A stretch of 64,000 nt of DNA. Source: Podarcis gaigeae (Eukaryota). The notes under the pieces are model-generated. The model searched no databases, was not told where the DNA came from, and worked only from the letters and a program-made list of their open reading frames with translations. Every line of letters begins with the position of its first letter. The stretch's first letter is position 1. The stretch lies in the NCBI GenBank assembly GCA_964106915.2, contig OZ066929.1; one strand, given 5' to 3'. This document shows positions 62,001-64,000 of the stretch, piece after piece. The position numbers and the translations under genes are program-made.

Positions 62001-63656
62001 GTGATGTGAACAAAGGCCCAGCAAAGCCCTAGCACCTGCTTCCCCACCAAATGGAGGCAGCTGTTTCACAGGCCAGGGAGGACAATTTCTGATTAAAGGC
62101 TGCTTAATGATTAACTTGCTTCAGTTTCTTTTCTTGCTGAGAAATTCAGCAACTCATACTCTCAAATATAGCAAGTGATATTCATCTGTTTTATTCGGAG
62201 TAGACCCACTGAAACTAATGGTCCTAACTTAGCCGTGTTCATTAATTTCAATGGGTCAACTCCAAGATGAATGCCGCCCAATACATCCAGCAACTTCACC
62301 AAGAACCTGAGAATGGTCAGCCTTGCCTTGTTGGTGGTAGTCGTCGTCCTCTTCCTCCTCCTCCTCTTCCTCCTCATCGTCCTCCTCCTCCTTGTGGGGA
62401 GGCATGAAGTTATAGTCGATGCCATCATGTACCCAGCCTTTCTCTATGAACAGCCCGGGAACTTCATCAGAGAACAGCCAATACCTAGAGAGACCAGACA
62501 GATTCCAGATCTTTGTGTGAGAGAGGCACCAGGTATTATGAGATGAGCAGCTTTGCCAAGAAACACCCAGGGCAATGAGGAAAAAGCATAGGCTGCAGAA
62601 TGTTGGCAGTACAGTACTTGTGATGATTAATAACAGTCTTTAGGAGGGTGCCTTATAGGACCAAGATGCAGGAAGGGCAGCAACGTGCTGGCAGGAGGAA
62701 CCCAGCTGAAGTTACAAACAGAGCAAGCTGTGAACAGGCTGCAAAGCAGAGACATGGGTGTCTCAAGCAGCAGCAGGAGGGAAACAAGCAGAAGCAAAGG
62801 GAAGAAAAGCCTCCTCCTTGGACTACAGAGAAGGCCCATGTAGCTCAGTGAAAAGAGCAACTGTTTTGCATGCTCAAGATCACTGGTTCAATCCCGGTCA
62901 TCTCCACATGGGCTGGAAGAGACCCATCCCACCAAACCCTCGAGAGCCATTACTGCCAGTCAGCTTAGACAATACTGAGCTAGACGGATCAATTCTCTGA
63001 CTTGATATGAGGCAGTTTCCTGTGCTCCTATGATGATCTGACTAAAGAAACCCTGGAGAGTTGCTGCCAATCAGAGGAGTGGTCCCCCAGGTGTGGCTGG
63101 ATCCCAACTCCCATTGGCTCCAGCTACCCATGGTCAATGCTGAGGAATGGTGGGAGTTGGGACTCCAGCAACATATGGACGGCCCCACATTGGCTAACCA
63201 CGGACTAACCATCAGCAATCCACATGTGCTCTCCGCCTCCAGGGCTCCTGTGTAGTGAGTTTTGCACTTCAGAACTCACACTTCTTACCTCTCCCCCCCG
63301 GGATGGGCTCTCCCCTGCAGCCCTCCAAATGTGGTTGAGTTCCCGGCTCCCATCATCATTCCTGATCACTGGAGCAGGCTAGCTGCCAGGAGTTGGGAGT
63401 CCAGCAACATCTAGAGGGCCTCAGGCTCCCCACCCCCACTGAGCCACACAGCCAAATGGTCCATCTGGGCAGCTTCCCAACTGCCACACAGCCAGATTCT
63501 CCATTCCTCACCCTTACCTGTTGTGATTACGGTCTGTGCCAATAGGTGTCCTGCGCATGACCAGCTTGGCTTTGGCAATGCCATCCTGGAAGGCCTTTTC
63601 AGCTGCAGCTTTGTGCTTGCGGATTCTCTCCTCTTCTGCTTCTTTTTCAAGCTTCA
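49652..63656 (-). CDS. BAZ1B: BAZ1B/WSTF, 3' 12 coding exons (WHIM, PHD, bromodomain); 5' part lies beyond the window
   Basis: Exons 63518-63656, 62327-62484, 61604-61715, 60625-60723, 59680-59854, 58841-59029, 56527-56674, 55998-56145, 55489-55610, 52794-52948, 51300-51403 and 49652-50021 join in frame. Motifs: PIGTDRNHNRYWLF, CKVCRKKGEDDKLILCDEC...CPAC, SWPFREPV...PMDFQTM. Confidence 0.96.
50490..51070 (+). mobile_element. Old CR1 fragment in the last BAZ1B coding intron
   Basis: Degenerate CR1 3' region (ccctatgaagaaaggctccagcgtttggagctttttggtttaga..., tttggacagacaaaagaaa). Confidence 0.65.
51300..51403 (-). CDS. BAZ1B: BAZ1B exon (bromodomain N-part)
   Basis: ctcccag|MYPTKKISRRQNLELQKCEEILNKLVKYRFSWPF AG|gtgagg. 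Confidence 0.92.
52794..52948 (-). CDS. BAZ1B: BAZ1B exon
   Basis: tcttacag|TG RPRKAAKGK...SEADMDEL|gtaaga. Confidence 0.88.
55489..55610 (-). CDS. BAZ1B: BAZ1B acidic exon
   Basis: ccctgtag|A NYAEDSVEEE...DYEVAGLK C|gtacgt. Confidence 0.9.
55998..56145 (-). CDS. BAZ1B: BAZ1B PHD finger exon
   Basis: ctgttag|GT EDDKLILCDECNKAFHLFCL...CPACQP...RG AG|gtgagg. Confidence 0.94.
56527..56674 (-). CDS. BAZ1B: BAZ1B exon (pre-PHD)
   Basis: cccccag|VASALEKWK...IKWDMSAENARCKVCRKK G|gtgcgt. Confidence 0.93.
58841..59029 (-). CDS. BAZ1B: BAZ1B exon
   Basis: ttgatcag|VCTLESLKDFGECVVALQASVIKKFLQG...AEEAK|gtctgg. Confidence 0.9.
59680..59854 (-). CDS. BAZ1B: BAZ1B exon
   Basis: ctcccag|A YQDITHSIHLARK...GGLGYINEAEFEAK|gtgagc. 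Confidence 0.92.
60625..60723 (-). CDS. BAZ1B: BAZ1B exon (WHIM3)
   Basis: cctccag|G FLCDSQKELDELLAALHSQGIRESQLKERLQK AG|gtgagg. Confidence 0.92.
61604..61715 (-). CDS. BAZ1B: BAZ1B exon
   Basis: cttgcag|AC TQESLVEG...ETTAPKQGQNL TG|gtgaga. Confidence 0.87.
62327..62484 (-). CDS. BAZ1B: BAZ1B exon (WHIM2 + acidic tract), probable GC donor
   Basis: ctctctag|G YWLFSDEVPGLFIEKGWVHD...DDDYHQQ G|gcaagg; an alternative GT donor would end the exon at 62300. Confidence 0.82.
62835..63022 (+). mobile_element. tRNA-derived SINE
   Basis: gtagctcagtg...ggttcaatcccgg head; tail ctgccagtcag...aatactgagctaga...ctgact...aggcagtttcct. Confidence 0.7.
63518..63656 (-). CDS. BAZ1B: BAZ1B exon
   Basis: ccaccag|TG KLEKEAEEERIRKHK...RRTPIGTDRNHN AG|gtaagg. 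Confidence 0.93.
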
Positions 63657-64000
63657 CTGGTGGGAAAGAAAAAGGAAGAAAACCCAGCAGTGTGAGCTCT
63701 TGCACCTTTAAAGTTTGGTGAGAAACTAACTCGCTCTCTCATAAGAGGGCTCTATCTCTTCCTTCAATTAAGAGCCAATCAGGAAACACACATTGTTTCA
63801 ATCAGGGAAGCATTCACACACACTTTTGTATGGGGTGGGGGTGGAGAAAAGCAACCAAACTTAGGGTTGGTTCACAGATGGAACATCTGCCAAGTGAAAA
63901 TGCATGGGGCTGGGGCTATGAGAGCTGGTCAGAACTTCCAAATTATCCAGATCTGGTGCACCACAGCGTCCCATGGAACACAGGTACACCTTCAGCTACA

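Overview
Vertebrate genomic DNA, almost certainly from a squamate and probably a lacertid lizard, judged from its Sauria/Squam-type SINEs, CR1 and Penelope-like repeats. It is the region syntenic to the human Williams-Beuren locus. Gene order: last four exons of TRIM50 (+), an 8-exon FKBP6 coding region (+), about 25 kb of repeat-rich intergenic DNA, intronless FZD9 in a CpG island (+), and the last 12 coding exons plus 3'UTR of BAZ1B/WSTF (-). Exon boundaries were read from splice signals and frame continuity. I see no convincing new multi-gene system. The most notable oddities: (1) TRIM50 lies tandem to FKBP6 rather than head-to-head as in human; (2) FKBP6 exon 8 has no in-frame stop, so the C-terminus is extended; (3) a tail-less internal L1 ORF2 fragment sits between perfect 19-bp direct repeats; (4) a Penelope-type minimal hammerhead ribozyme motif lies in an FKBP6 intron; (5) an 82-nt fold-back hairpin lies in a BAZ1B intron; (6) BAZ1B has a probable GC-AG intron next to an expanded acidic tract; (7) there is a 4-codon uORF upstream of FZD9. 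Comparisons to human proteins are from memory, not from an alignment.
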